From assembly GCA_900553125.1 (NCBI GenBank), contig USCB01000006.1:517-64516 (forward strand): 64,000 bases of DNA, in the 5' to 3' direction. Shown here in pieces: positions 39,609-51,939 of the stretch. Position 1 is the first letter of the stretch; every line of letters begins with the position of its first letter. Source of the DNA: an uncultured Clostridium sp. (lineage in GTDB: Bacteria > Bacillota > Clostridia > TANB77 > CAG-508). The position numbers were made by a program, and so were the translations under genes. The notes under the pieces were generated by a model. It was not told the DNA's origin. It worked only from the letters and a program-made list of their open reading frames with translations, and did not search any database.

Positions 39609-40187
39609 TTATGTATTTTCAGAAGTCCCAGCATTATTACTTCCATCAAAAGGTATAAATTTGCTAACAACACTTTCTTTAACTGTATCACCAGCTCTAA
39701 AAGTAATAAATGAATTATTGATTTTATTATCAACCAACTCTTCCATTTCATCTTTATTAGAATGTTCTGCTAAAACAAGTTCACTTACTAAAATTTGCTT
39801 AGCATTTGTTAACATTTTCTTCTCTCCTGTAGATAAGCCTTTCTCTTTTTGCTTAAAACTTAAATTTCTAACTACATCTGCAATTTCGTAAATATCTCCA
39901 CTCTTTAACTTATCCATATTATCTCTATATCTTTTATTCCAATTTTTGTTCATTTCTGTTTCATCTTGTTCTAAAACAGCAAATACCTTATCTGCTGATC
40001 CTTTGTCTATAATTGATCTTACTCCTACTTGCTCCGCCATGGCTATTGGAACCATTACTTTTACCTCACCTGGCATTTTTAGTATATAATAAGATTGTTT
40101 TTGACCTAAAACATCTTTTTCTTCTATTGAATCAATTGTTCCTGCTCCGTGCATTGGATATACTATTTGGTCTCCTACATTAAACAT
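39609..40187 (-). CDS. CarD/CdnL-family RNA-polymerase-binding regulator
   Basis: MFNVGDQIVYPMHGAGTIDSIEEKDVLG N-terminus (Tudor-like RID). Start moved to Met 40187 after an AAAGGAGAG RBS. Confidence 0.8.
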   Translation of the reverse strand: MFNVGDQIVYPMHGAGTIDSIEEKDVLGQKQSYYILKMPGEVKVMVPIAMAEQVGVRSIIDKGSADKVFAVLEQDETEMNKNWNKRYRDNMDKLKSGDIYEIADVVRNLSFKQKEKGLSTGEKKMLTNAKQILVSELVLAEHSNKDEMEELVDNKINNSFITFRAGDTVKESVVSKFIPFDGSNNAGTSENT

Positions 40188-40359
40188 GTGTAATCTCTCC
40201 TTTCTACTACTTACGTTAACAAACAATTTCTTCTTTATGTCATCAACAATTCTATTATACTACAAATTGGCTAAAAAGTCAAAATTTTCTAAAAACGTTT
40301 TTTATATTGATATTATGTGAATTACAGCCATTTTTGCCTTTTATTTCCAAAAAAAATTT

Positions 40360-41184
40360 TTAATTTTTTTTCATTTCTATAGATTTAATTATGTTATCAA
40401 TCAATAAGCAATTTGTTACAACTCCAACTCCTCCTGGAACAGGTGTTATTGCATAAGCTTTTTCTTTTACATCTTCAAAATCTACATCTCCAACCATTTT
40501 TCCATTTTCAAAGTTTATTCCTACATCTATTATTATAGCATCTTGTTTTATCATATCTTTTTTTAAAAACTTTGATTTCCCTATTGCCATGATTATTACA
40601 TCTGAATTCTTCAATATATCATTCATATTTTTAGTTTTCGAATGACAAATAGTCACTGTTGCATTTTTATTTAAAAGTTGTGGTATTAATGGTTTGCCTA
40701 CAATATTACTTCTTCCGACAATTGTAACTTTTTTCCCGGTTAAATCTATGTTATAATAATCTAAAATTTCAATAACTGCTTTACTCGTACAAGGAATATT
40801 AACATTTTTTTCTCCTAAAAACAATTTTCCCATATTTATAATCCCTACACCTTCTATATCTTTTTCAGGTGAAATATCATTTATTAGGTCTGATAAATTA
40901 GTTGGTAATGGTTGCTGGAACATTATTCCTGTTATATTATTATCTTGTTTTACCTTATTAAAATTTTCTATAAATTCTTTTTCATCATTAGCTAATAATA
41001 ATACAAATTCTATACCATAATTTTTACAATTTTTCTCAATTCTTTTTATGTATGCTAAACTTGCCGCATCACAATTTAGCCCTAATACTGCTATATAAGG
41101 TTTTTTATTTATTTTTTCTATTCTTAGCTTAAAATCTTTTTTTATGTTTTCAGCAACACTTTTTCCTTCTAATAATAATTCCAT
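40360..41184 (-). CDS. folD: bifunctional methylenetetrahydrofolate dehydrogenase/methenyl-THF cyclohydrolase
   Basis: 274 aa. VGRSNIVGKPL Rossmann motif and PVPGGVGVVT C-terminal motif. Confidence 0.9.
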   Translation of the reverse strand: MELLLEGKSVAENIKKDFKLRIEKINKKPYIAVLGLNCDAASLAYIKRIEKNCKNYGIEFVLLLANDEKEFIENFNKVKQDNNITGIMFQQPLPTNLSDLINDISPEKDIEGVGIINMGKLFLGEKNVNIPCTSKAVIEILDYYNIDLTGKKVTIVGRSNIVGKPLIPQLLNKNATVTICHSKTKNMNDILKNSDVIIMAIGKSKFLKKDMIKQDAIIIDVGINFENGKMVGDVDFEDVKEKAYAITPVPGGVGVVTNCLLIDNIIKSIEMKKN

Positions 41185-41199
41185 TTTTTCTCCTTCGAA

Positions 41200-41775
41200 T
41201 TATAAATAAATTTTTTTATTTTGTTCATATTTTTTTCTAATGTCATTTATAAATTTCTCATCTTTAATATATTTTAAATTTATTTCTATATTAATAATAC
41301 TTGACTCTATACATGAAATTGAATATTTTTTGCAAATATTAAAATCACTTACTAACATTTTGTTTCCAACTTTTTCTAACTTATTTACAAGTTCTAAAGT
41401 TTTTATTGATTCTTCCATTACATCATAACAGAATAATACACTTTCTTTACTTGCCTGTTCCAGTTCATTTGGCTCTGTTTTTCGTATTTTGTATGCTTTT
41501 AATACTTTATCTAATACTATTCTATCTTGATCAATTACATTAAGAGCTTTTTTCTTTATTTCATAAGCCTCTTTTTGTATTTTAATTACTTCTTCTTGTA
41601 CATTTTCATATTTTTTTTTACCAATAGTTAAATTACATATATAAATTATTAAAGATGCTGTAATTGAAAGTACCATTCCAACCGTACTTCCTCCTGCTAA
41701 CTCTATTTCCGGATTTTCTAAATCTTCTAATATTGGTTTTATTTTTTCATTATATAAAATCATTGTTTTCTCCAT
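41200..41775 (-). CDS. cyclodeaminase/cyclohydrolase family protein (FTCD_C-like, FchA-type)
   Basis: AGGSTVGMVLSITASL motif. About 190 aa, helical. Folate-gene neighbourhood. Confidence 0.7.
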   Translation of the reverse strand: MEKTMILYNEKIKPILEDLENPEIELAGGSTVGMVLSITASLIIYICNLTIGKKKYENVQEEVIKIQKEAYEIKKKALNVIDQDRIVLDKVLKAYKIRKTEPNELEQASKESVLFCYDVMEESIKTLELVNKLEKVGNKMLVSDFNICKKYSISCIESSIINIEINLKYIKDEKFINDIRKKYEQNKKIYL

Positions 41776-41784
41776 TTCATAAGC

Positions 41785-43014
41785 TTATTTTTTTCTTCTT
41801 ATAATCCAGTTTTCTTCTACTTTTATTGGTAGTTTCATTTTTACCTGTTGTCCTTGTTTTCCTGGATTTACTGTATCTATTTCTTCATCAGTTTCCATAT
41901 CCCATAATTTATCTATTATAAATTTTTCAGGTTCTAATTTACCTGGAATTAAAATTTCTAATTTATCCCCAACAGATAACTTATTTCTTATTTCTATAAT
42001 TGTTTTTTCTTCTTCATTTTTAACTACTTTTCCACCAAATTCGTAATTTGCATTATATTGTTTTCCTTCATATTCTTGAATATCTTTATTTTCTCTACTA
42101 TTAAAGTAAAATGTAGTTAATCCCCTTGTTTTTATTTTTTCAATTTCTTTCATATATTTTTCAGCATCATAATTTTTAGGATTTTCCATATAATCATCAA
42201 TTGCTGCTCTATATATACTTACAATGCTTGCTATATAGTATTCTGTTTTTAATCTTCCTTCTATTTTTAAACTATCTACTCCCATATCAATAATTTCTGG
42301 AAGTTCATGTATTAAACATAAATCTTTAGAAGATAATATACTTGTCCCATGTTCATCCATTTCAACTGGCATTAAATTTCCTGGATTATTTTTTTCTTCT
42401 AAATATACATTATATGACCATCTGCAACTTTGTGCACAACTTCCATAATTTGCACTTCTTCCACATAAAAAGTCACTTAAAAAACATCTTCCTGAATATG
42501 AAAAACATATTGCTCCATGAATAAATATCTCTATTTCCATTCCTTCTGGTTTGTTTTCCATTATATATTTTAGTTGATTTTTATCCATTTCTCTTGCCAT
42601 AATCATTCTTTTGCATCCTTGATTATACCAAAACTTACAAGCTTCTAAACTTACTAAATTACTTTGTGTACTTACATTCACTGGAACACTTGGCGCATAT
42701 TTTAAAATCGTGCTTATTACCCCTGGATCTGCTGCTATTATTCCGTCTGGCTTTATTTCTTCTAATTTTTTACACATTTGTCTTATTTCTTCATAATCTG
42801 TATCAAATGCATATATATTCATCGCAACATATACTTTTTTTCCTAAACTATGTGCATATTTAATTGTTTTTATTAAATCCTCATCATCTATTGCTGCTCT
42901 TGACCTTAATGATAAACTTGCTGTTCCACAATATATGGCATCTGCTCCGTATAAAAATGCTATTTTTGCTTTTTCAAAAGAACCTGCTGGTGCTAATAAT
43001 TCTACTTTTTTCAT
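41785..43014 (-). CDS. U32-family peptidase (YrrN/YrrO, TrhP-like)
   Basis: KVELLAPAGSFEKAKIAFLYGADAIYCG N-terminus. Cys cluster CAQSCRW. Start at Met 43014 after an AAAGGAAGGA RBS. Confidence 0.85.
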   Translation of the reverse strand: MKKVELLAPAGSFEKAKIAFLYGADAIYCGTASLSLRSRAAIDDEDLIKTIKYAHSLGKKVYVAMNIYAFDTDYEEIRQMCKKLEEIKPDGIIAADPGVISTILKYAPSVPVNVSTQSNLVSLEACKFWYNQGCKRMIMAREMDKNQLKYIMENKPEGMEIEIFIHGAICFSYSGRCFLSDFLCGRSANYGSCAQSCRWSYNVYLEEKNNPGNLMPVEMDEHGTSILSSKDLCLIHELPEIIDMGVDSLKIEGRLKTEYYIASIVSIYRAAIDDYMENPKNYDAEKYMKEIEKIKTRGLTTFYFNSRENKDIQEYEGKQYNANYEFGGKVVKNEEEKTIIEIRNKLSVGDKLEILIPGKLEPEKFIIDKLWDMETDEEIDTVNPGKQGQQVKMKLPIKVEENWIIRRKK

Positions 43015-43160
43015 ATTTTTATAAATCCTTCCTTTTTGATTCATATATTAGTATACTATCAAAATACGAAAAATTCAAGCAACTCTGGACTTTTTTAGAA
43101 TTTTGTTGTATAATTAGTAGAATTGGAAAATTTTTACATAAATTTAGAAGGAGAAAATAT

Positions 43161-45023
43161 ATGTATAACACTAACAATAATGATATAAAAAAACTTAAAT
43201 ATTTACAAATTAAAATTCATCAGGCATTACTAGAATGTATTAATACCTATTCTTTAGCAGAACAAAAAAAATCTCTTTTTTATAGTTTTTTAGCCTCTGC
43301 ATTCATGCGTTTCAGAGATTCTATCGATACTAGTGTTGCCAATCCTGCAAGATTAAAAGCTAACTCAAGTGTTATAGATAATATTGAAAAAGAAATTTTA
43401 AAGAAATTACAATATAATTTACCAGAAAATTATAATATAAACAGTATTGACGAAATTATTGCCAAAATTGTACAAGATGTCTGCAAAGATTATTTAGGAG
43501 CTACTATAGTTTTTCACTCTAAAAATAATTGTAGCACATATTGTAACGAATCAGATGACCCCTATGTAAAAAAACTTTATAAGGCTCTTCTCACAACGGA
43601 GGAATACCTTAGAAGTAGCGAAAAACTACACAATGATACTATAATTTCAAGGTTATCAGAACGTTTTCAAAAAATAGATATTTCTAATACATTTGTCGAT
43701 GAAAATCCTAATCGATTAGCACCGCAAAAAGTAAAACCCCTTAATTTAGAGAATATCGATACATTAGAAAAATATTTTGATACTAAAATTGCATTATTGA
43801 CCCTACTTACAAATCATAGTATTCCATGTACAGAATCAACAGATGGAAAAGAACATAAATATTGTGTTAGCGAATTAGATATTCCTTATCTACAATTAGT
43901 AAAACAAACCATGGAACTTAAGCCTAAAACTAAGGATGAGGCTATTAAAATTCTGATTGACCTTGCTAGAGCAAATTATTTTAGAGAATATCTACCTTTT
44001 GATGAACAACTAGATAAAACCATAAAAGAAAAACGTCTAGCAAAGAAAAATACTTCATGCACACTAAAACTACCAGCTGAAACACAAAAAAAGTATACAC
44101 AAGAACTAACAAATTTAAGAAATAACCTAAAACAATTAAAAAATGACAGATTATTAAACTACATTTTGTCAATAGAATTGCCTAACATTTTTCAAGAACT
44201 ATCAGAATTACCTAACTTAAATGTAGAAATAAAATCTCATAAAAAACGTGCAAAATCAAGTGGTTTTTATTCAAACTATTATACAATAGAACTAAATGGT
44301 ATTGTAACATGCGAGATATTAGGTTGTTCAGAGTTTCGATATAATCTTTCAAAAGAAGGTAATGCATCACATAACACAATGTATAAAAAATCATTTGATA
44401 TAAAGCCTTTATTTGAATTACGTGCATTTCCCTTTCCTAACTCAAAACAAGCAAAAGAACAATTGGGCTTTTACTTCGAATTCCTAAGTTCTGTTAGTTT
44501 AAATGATGTTAGTGGCTATCATATTCCTAAAGAAGATAAAGACGCTTTAAAATACTTAAAAGAATTAGTAAATTACGCTACATCAAAATTAAAGGTAAAA
44601 GATTTTATACCAATTACAAATGGCAATAAAACTTACAATATATCTTTTTTTGATTATATAACTTATATCATAGAAAATAAAGGGGCAAAATTTGTAACAA
44701 TATACCCTGCTCATATTGTAGAACATAATCAATCAATTGCTGTTCCACAAAGTCCACTATATTCTCTTGAAAATTTACTAAAATCACGTATTGGTTTTTC
44801 TACTTTAGCTAATATGGTAAGAGAGAAATATGTAGAAATTTCAACATTAGAAAAACACGATAAAGTTTTAGCAAACTCCCGTGTTAGGTCATATTCTTGC
44901 ACATTGACACCAAAATATGATTTTCCAGTTGACAATTTAATTGCAAAAAAAGCAGAAGAAAATTATAAACCAATAAATATTGAATTTCATCCAATGGGAA
45001 AATATGGTGATGATGAGAGATAA
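43161..45023 (+). CDS. 620-aa hypothetical protein, with a weak RelA/SpoT-nucleotidyltransferase-like segment
   Basis: AAGGAGA RBS before ATG 43161. The ORF-track start at 42864 is antisense to the U32 gene and is rejected. SGFYSNYYTIELNGIVTCEILGCS...ASHNTMYKK resembles GYxSxH...EIQIRT...H..YK with catalytic residues changed. Confidence 0.5.
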   Translation: MYNTNNNDIKKLKYLQIKIHQALLECINTYSLAEQKKSLFYSFLASAFMRFRDSIDTSVANPARLKANSSVIDNIEKEILKKLQYNLPENYNINSIDEIIAKIVQDVCKDYLGATIVFHSKNNCSTYCNESDDPYVKKLYKALLTTEEYLRSSEKLHNDTIISRLSERFQKIDISNTFVDENPNRLAPQKVKPLNLENIDTLEKYFDTKIALLTLLTNHSIPCTESTDGKEHKYCVSELDIPYLQLVKQTMELKPKTKDEAIKILIDLARANYFREYLPFDEQLDKTIKEKRLAKKNTSCTLKLPAETQKKYTQELTNLRNNLKQLKNDRLLNYILSIELPNIFQELSELPNLNVEIKSHKKRAKSSGFYSNYYTIELNGIVTCEILGCSEFRYNLSKEGNASHNTMYKKSFDIKPLFELRAFPFPNSKQAKEQLGFYFEFLSSVSLNDVSGYHIPKEDKDALKYLKELVNYATSKLKVKDFIPITNGNKTYNISFFDYITYIIENKGAKFVTIYPAHIVEHNQSIAVPQSPLYSLENLLKSRIGFSTLANMVREKYVEISTLEKHDKVLANSRVRSYSCTLTPKYDFPVDNLIAKKAEENYKPINIEFHPMGKYGDDER

Positions 45024-45032
45024 CTCATTTTT

Positions 45033-45062
45033 GTTCCATTGGGACCGGGTCTTTTTGGTACA
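45033..45062. repeat. solo copy of the GTTCCATTGGGACCGGGTCTTTTTGGTACA repeat
   Basis: The 22-nt core is an exact match to the 8407-8428 core. It starts 10 nt after the stop of the 620-aa gene. Confidence 0.85.
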
Positions 45063-45065
45063 ATT

Positions 45066-45107
45066 AAAAAAAAATAGTTTACGATCATTTTACGTAAACT
45101 ATTTTTT
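45066..45107. terminator. bidirectional rho-independent terminator between convergent genes
   Basis: A8 - ATAGTTTACG / CGTAAACTAT - T5. Confidence 0.75.
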
Positions 45108-45108
45108 A

Positions 45109-45693
45109 TTATTTTAATTTGGTAATAGCAAGTCCATCTCCTACTTCTAAAATTTCCGTATCTAAAAGTGGATTTTCTGTTGTTTCTGCAATATATTCTC
45201 TTAAATTTCTTACAGCTGTACGTTGTTTATGTTTATTATAATCACTCATTACATAACCCTTGTACAATATATTATCTGCAAATATTGTACCATTTGGTGC
45301 AAGGATTCTTAAAGATTCAGCTAGGAAAAACGGATATTTTCCTTTTGCTGCATCAATAAATATCATGTCATATTTTTCATTTAAAGTAGGCAATATTTCT
45401 ACTGCATCTCCAACATAAATATTTATTTTTTCTTCTAAATCCATCTCCTTTATATTCCTCTTTGCTTCTTCTACTCTTCCAGTATCTCTTTCAATTGTAT
45501 CAATCTTACCATTTTCAGATAGAAATTTCGAAAAGCATATTGCCGAATAACCAACAGCTGTACCGATTTCCAATATTTTTGAAGGTTTACTTTCCTTTAT
45601 TCTTTTTTCTATTTCCTGTAATGTATCATCCATTATTATTGGAATATGTTCTTCCAATGCTTTTTGTTTTATTTGTTCTAATTTATCTTTCAT
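45109..45693 (-). CDS. SAM-dependent O-methyltransferase (YrrM/TrmR-like)
   Basis: ILEIGTAVGYS SAM motif I and MIFIDAAKG. Normally adjacent to the U32 genes. Confidence 0.8.
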   Translation of the reverse strand: MKDKLEQIKQKALEEHIPIIMDDTLQEIEKRIKESKPSKILEIGTAVGYSAICFSKFLSENGKIDTIERDTGRVEEAKRNIKEMDLEEKINIYVGDAVEILPTLNEKYDMIFIDAAKGKYPFFLAESLRILAPNGTIFADNILYKGYVMSDYNKHKQRTAVRNLREYIAETTENPLLDTEILEVGDGLAITKLK

Positions 45694-45988
45694 TATTTTT
45701 TTGTTCCATTCTTTCTTTTTTTGTACTTTCCTCAGACCAAGCTTGGATAATATCTCTATCTAATGCTGGAAATTCTTCTAAAACTTTATTTACAGCTTTT
45801 TCAAAATCCAGGTTTAAATCATTAATATAATAAGTAAATTTACTTCTTGGTCCTACAACTGGAGTTTTTACTTGTAAAGCTTTCTTTCTTCTTTCATTTT
45901 CACCAACAATATTTGCTGCCTCTATTGATTTCCTAGACCTCGCTTTCATAAAAAATATACCACTTTTCTTTTCCATATTTACTCCCAT
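45683..45988 (-). CDS. hypothetical 101-aa protein, translationally coupled to the methyltransferase gene
   Basis: The stop overlaps the downstream ATG (ATGAAAGATAA). No domain recognised. Confidence 0.4.
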   Translation of the reverse strand: MGVNMEKKSGIFFMKARSRKSIEAANIVGENERRKKALQVKTPVVGPRSKFTYYINDLNLDFEKAVNKVLEEFPALDRDIIQAWSEESTKKERMEQKNNER

Positions 45989-46068
45989 TCATTTCTTAAA
46001 GGCACAAAAACAAACAAATAAATTTTTTGATTATGATAATTATTATCAACCTTTCTAGATTTTACAAT

Positions 46069-47886
46069 TTATTTATTATTTCTCGCCATTCTTTCTCTTT
46101 CTTTATTATTTAAAATCTTTTTTCTTAATCTAATAGATTTTGGAGTAACTTCAACTAATTCATCATCTTGTATAAATTCAATAGCTTTTTCCAAACTCAT
46201 TTGGATTGGTGGAACTAAACGAAGTGCATCATCTGCTCCAGAAGAACGTGTATTTGTTAAATGTTTTTCTTTACATACATTTACTGCTAAATCTTCTCCT
46301 CTTGAATTTAGACCAACAATCATTCCTTCATAAACATCTACACCTGCACCAATAAATAGGTCACCTTTTTCTTGGGCATTATATAGACCATATGTTACAG
46401 ATTTCCCAGTTTCAAATGCTACTATTGTACCTCTAACTCTGGCAACTACTTCACCTTTAAATGGTTCATAGCATTTGAACATACTTGCCATTGTTCCTTC
46501 ACCTTTTGTATCTGTTAGGAATTCTGTTCTATATCCAATTAGTCCTCTTGCAGGAATATTGAATTCTATTTTTGTATGTCCATCTTCTGCTGGTTCCATA
46601 TTTACCATTTCGGCTTTTCTTCTTCCTAATTTTTCAATAACAGTTCCTACTGAATCATCTGGTACGTTTACAACTAATGTTTCTATTGGCTCACATTTTA
46701 CACCATCAATTTCTTTTATGATAACTTTTGGACGAGATACTAAAAGTTCAAATCCTTCTCTTCTCATTGTTTCAATTAATACTGATAAGTGTAGTTCTCC
46801 TCTTCCTGATACTTCAAATGAATCTGGAGTTTCCCCCTCTTTTACTCTTAATGAAACATTTCTTTCTAGCTCTTTAAATAATCTATCTCTGATATGTCTT
46901 GATGTTACAAATTGTCCTTCTCTTCCTGCAAATGGTCCATTATTTACACTAAATGTCATTGTAACTGTTGGTTCATCTATGTTTACAAAATCTATTTTTT
47001 CAACATTTTCAGGGTCACATACAGTTTCACCTATACTTATATCTGAAATTCCAGCAAATTCTATTATGTCTCCTGCTGTTACTTCTTCAACTTCAACTTT
47101 CTTTAAACCTACATGTGTGTATAATTTTGCAATTTTACCTTGATATACTGTATCATCTGCTTTACATATTGATACTGTCATTCCAACTGTAAATTTGCCA
47201 CGTTCTACTCTACCAACACCTATTCTTCCGACATAATCATCATAATCTATGTTAGATACTAACATTTGAGCAGATCCTTCTAAATCGCATTTTGGAGCTT
47301 CTATTGTGTTTACCATTGTTTCAAATAGTGGTGTCATATCACTATCTTCATCAGATAGATTTAATTTTGATACACCATTTTTCGCAGATGCATATACAAC
47401 TGGGAATTCTAGCTGTTCATCTGTTGCATCTAATTCGATGAATAATTCTATAACTTCGTCTACAACTTTTTCAGGGTTTGCTCCTGGTCTATCTATTTTG
47501 TTTATTACAACTATTGGTTTTAAGTTTAATGCTAATGCCTTTTTCAAAACTTCTCTTGTTTGAGGCATAGCACCTTCAAAAGCATCTACTAGTAAAAGCA
47601 CTCCATCAACTGTTTTTAGTACTCTTTCAACTTCTCCTCCAAAATCAGCATGTCCTGGTGTATCTACTATATTTATTTTTATGTCTTTGTACATTACTGA
47701 TGTGTTTTTTGAAAGTATTGTTATTCCTCTTTCTTTTTCTAGGTCATTTGAGTCCATTACTCTGTCTTGTACTTGTTCATTATCTCTAAATACGTGACTT
47801 TGTTTTAATAAACTATCAACAAGTGTTGTTTTTCCGTGGTCTACGTGTGCTATTATTGCTATGTTTCTTATTTTTTCGTTATTCAT
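46069..47886 (-). CDS. typA: translational GTPase TypA/BipA
   Basis: IRNIAIIAHVDHGKTTLVD G1 motif, DTPGHADF G3 motif, NKIDR G4 motif. 605 aa. Confidence 0.95.
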   Translation of the reverse strand: MNNEKIRNIAIIAHVDHGKTTLVDSLLKQSHVFRDNEQVQDRVMDSNDLEKERGITILSKNTSVMYKDIKINIVDTPGHADFGGEVERVLKTVDGVLLLVDAFEGAMPQTREVLKKALALNLKPIVVINKIDRPGANPEKVVDEVIELFIELDATDEQLEFPVVYASAKNGVSKLNLSDEDSDMTPLFETMVNTIEAPKCDLEGSAQMLVSNIDYDDYVGRIGVGRVERGKFTVGMTVSICKADDTVYQGKIAKLYTHVGLKKVEVEEVTAGDIIEFAGISDISIGETVCDPENVEKIDFVNIDEPTVTMTFSVNNGPFAGREGQFVTSRHIRDRLFKELERNVSLRVKEGETPDSFEVSGRGELHLSVLIETMRREGFELLVSRPKVIIKEIDGVKCEPIETLVVNVPDDSVGTVIEKLGRRKAEMVNMEPAEDGHTKIEFNIPARGLIGYRTEFLTDTKGEGTMASMFKCYEPFKGEVVARVRGTIVAFETGKSVTYGLYNAQEKGDLFIGAGVDVYEGMIVGLNSRGEDLAVNVCKEKHLTNTRSSGADDALRLVPPIQMSLEKAIEFIQDDELVEVTPKSIRLRKKILNNKERERMARNNK

Positions 47887-48098
47887 TTATATTTCTCCTT
47901 TTTTCTCTTTTTAACTTTTATATTATACTACTGTTTTATAGTAGTTGTCAACATAAAATTTTGTTTTTATTTTCTAAAAAATGTAATTATTTTTAAATTG
48001 TAACTTCTTTTTTAATTTTTTAATAGAATGCTAAAAAAGTCCATTAAAAATTTAAGTGATTAATCTCACTTTTTTATAATGAACTTTTTTATAATTTT

Positions 48099-49259
48099 TT
48101 ATCCAAACAATCCGCGTTTCTTCACAGGTGGTTGTTCATTCATAGTTTTAGCTAACTGAACCATCAATTCTCTTTGTTCCTTAGTAAGTTTTCTAGGTGT
48201 TTGAACAACAACTCTGAAGATAAAATTACCTTGAGATGTAGAATTTAAGCTTTTAAATCCTTTAGCACGAATAGTAAATTGAGTACCAGTTTGAGTACCA
48301 TCAGGCATTCTATAAACCTCTTTAGTTCCATCTACCATTGGAATTTCAAGTTCTGCACCTAATGTTGCTTGTGTAATTGTAACAGGAATGTCGCAATATA
48401 CATTGTTTCCATCTCTTTTGTAAATACTACTTTTTCTAACCCTAACAGTTATGTATAAATCTCCAGCTGGTCCTCCTTTTATTCCAGGATTTCCCTGACC
48501 TCTCAATACTACTGTTTGGTTATCATTTATTCCTGCTGGAATTTTAACTTTAACTTTTGGTGATTTTCTAACAGTTCCTTTTCCGTGACAATTTTCACAA
48601 GGCTCTTTTATAATTTCACCTGTTCCTCTACATTCTGAGCAAGGTCTTGTAGTTTGAACTCTTCCTAATATTGTATTTTGGAAACTTGTTACATTACCTG
48701 TACCATTACATGTTGGACATTTTATTGGACTTGTTCCTTTTTTAGCACCTGTTCCATTACATTCTGTGCAGTTTTCTTGTCTATTAACAATAATTTCTTT
48801 TTCTACTCCTAAAAATGATTCTTCAAAAGTTATTTCTACACTTATATTTAAATCTTCGCCTTTACGTGGTCCATTATTTCTTCTTGAATTTGTTCTTTGA
48901 CCTCCAAATCCACCACCAAAGAATGATGAGAATATATCTCCTAAGTCACCGAAATCACCAAAATCCGATGATGTATATGAGTAATAATTTCCTCCTCCAA
49001 ATGGTCCGCCTGCACCAAATCCTGCTCCACTTGGGTCTACTGTTCCAAATTGGTCATACATTTTTCTTTTTTGTGGATTTGATAATACTTCATATGCCTC
49101 ATTTACTTCTTTAAATTTAGCCTCTGCAGCCTCTCTATTATCCGGGTTTGCATCAGGGTGATATTTTTTTGCCATCTTTCTATATGCTTTTTTTAGTTCA
49201 TCATCTGTTGCAGTTTTACTTACTCCTAATAATTCGTAGTAATCCTTTTTTTCTGCCAC
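48099..49259 (-). CDS. dnaJ: chaperone DnaJ
   Basis: J domain (DYYELLGV...HPD), G/F-rich linker, four CxxCxGxG zinc motifs. GTG start 8 nt after GGAGG; the ORF-track TTG at 49274 is less likely. Confidence 0.95.
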   Translation of the reverse strand: MAEKKDYYELLGVSKTATDDELKKAYRKMAKKYHPDANPDNREAAEAKFKEVNEAYEVLSNPQKRKMYDQFGTVDPSGAGFGAGGPFGGGNYYSYTSSDFGDFGDLGDIFSSFFGGGFGGQRTNSRRNNGPRKGEDLNISVEITFEESFLGVEKEIIVNRQENCTECNGTGAKKGTSPIKCPTCNGTGNVTSFQNTILGRVQTTRPCSECRGTGEIIKEPCENCHGKGTVRKSPKVKVKIPAGINDNQTVVLRGQGNPGIKGGPAGDLYITVRVRKSSIYKRDGNNVYCDIPVTITQATLGAELEIPMVDGTKEVYRMPDGTQTGTQFTIRAKGFKSLNSTSQGNFIFRVVVQTPRKLTKEQRELMVQLAKTMNEQPPVKKRGLFG

Positions 49260-49347
49260 CTTTTTCACCTCCAACTATTTTTTTCGTCCTTTATCAAAGT
49301 TTGAGGTTGGACATTTTTGTTTCCAACCTCTTTTAACTTTTTTACAA

Positions 49348-51715
<2,368 letters not shown>

Positions 51716-51746
51716 TTTTATCCCTTCTTTCTTTTTTAGTGTTATT

Positions 51747-51773
51747 TTAGCACTCAAAAACGAAGTTTGCTAA
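51747..51773 (-). promoter_or_regulatory. CIRCE operator (HrcA binding site)
   Basis: TTAGCACTC-N9-GTTTGCTAA versus the consensus TTAGCACTC-N9-GAGTGCTAA. A second, weaker copy is TTAGCAGTT-N9-TTTTGCTAA at 51799-51825. Confidence 0.8.
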
Positions 51774-51783
51774 ATCTTTGTAT

Positions 51784-51812
51784 ATAATATACTTTTTTTT
51801 AGCAGTTGTCAA
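51784..51812 (-). promoter_or_regulatory. sigma-A-type promoter of grpE-dnaK-dnaJ
   Basis: On the minus strand: TTGACA (51812-51807), a 17-nt spacer, then TATTAT (51789-51784). It sits directly upstream of CIRCE. Confidence 0.7.
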
Positions 51813-51891
51813 GTGTTTTTGCTAATTTTTATAATAAAAAATAACACAAAATAGATTTCATAAATTTTTTGAATTATATAATAAATATTAA

Positions 51892-51912
51892 GGGAGCTCT
51901 TTAAGAGCCCCC
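51892..51912 (-). terminator. hairpin after the 717-aa secreted protein gene
   Basis: GGGAGCTC/GAGCCCCC stem with 1 mismatch, GC-rich in an AT-rich context. Confidence 0.45.
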
Positions 51913-51939
51913 TTCAATTAAAACTTTCAACTTATTTCT

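Noticed and set aside
42864-43160. N-terminal 99-codon extension of ORF 42864-45023.
   Set aside because: The extension is antisense to the 5' end of the U32 peptidase gene and is hydrophobic junk. A good AAGGAGA RBS precedes the internal ATG at 43161.
46475-47143. Long plus-strand ORFs nested antisense inside strongly supported minus-strand genes. Examples are 46475-47143 in typA, 60592-61332 in spoIIE, 13047-13520 in the PBP gene and 2776-3210 in the L,D-transpeptidase gene.
   Set aside because: Their products are low-complexity and rich in F/L/S/I, as expected from reading AT-rich K/E/N-rich genes backwards. They have no RBS. The opposite-strand genes have clear family motifs.
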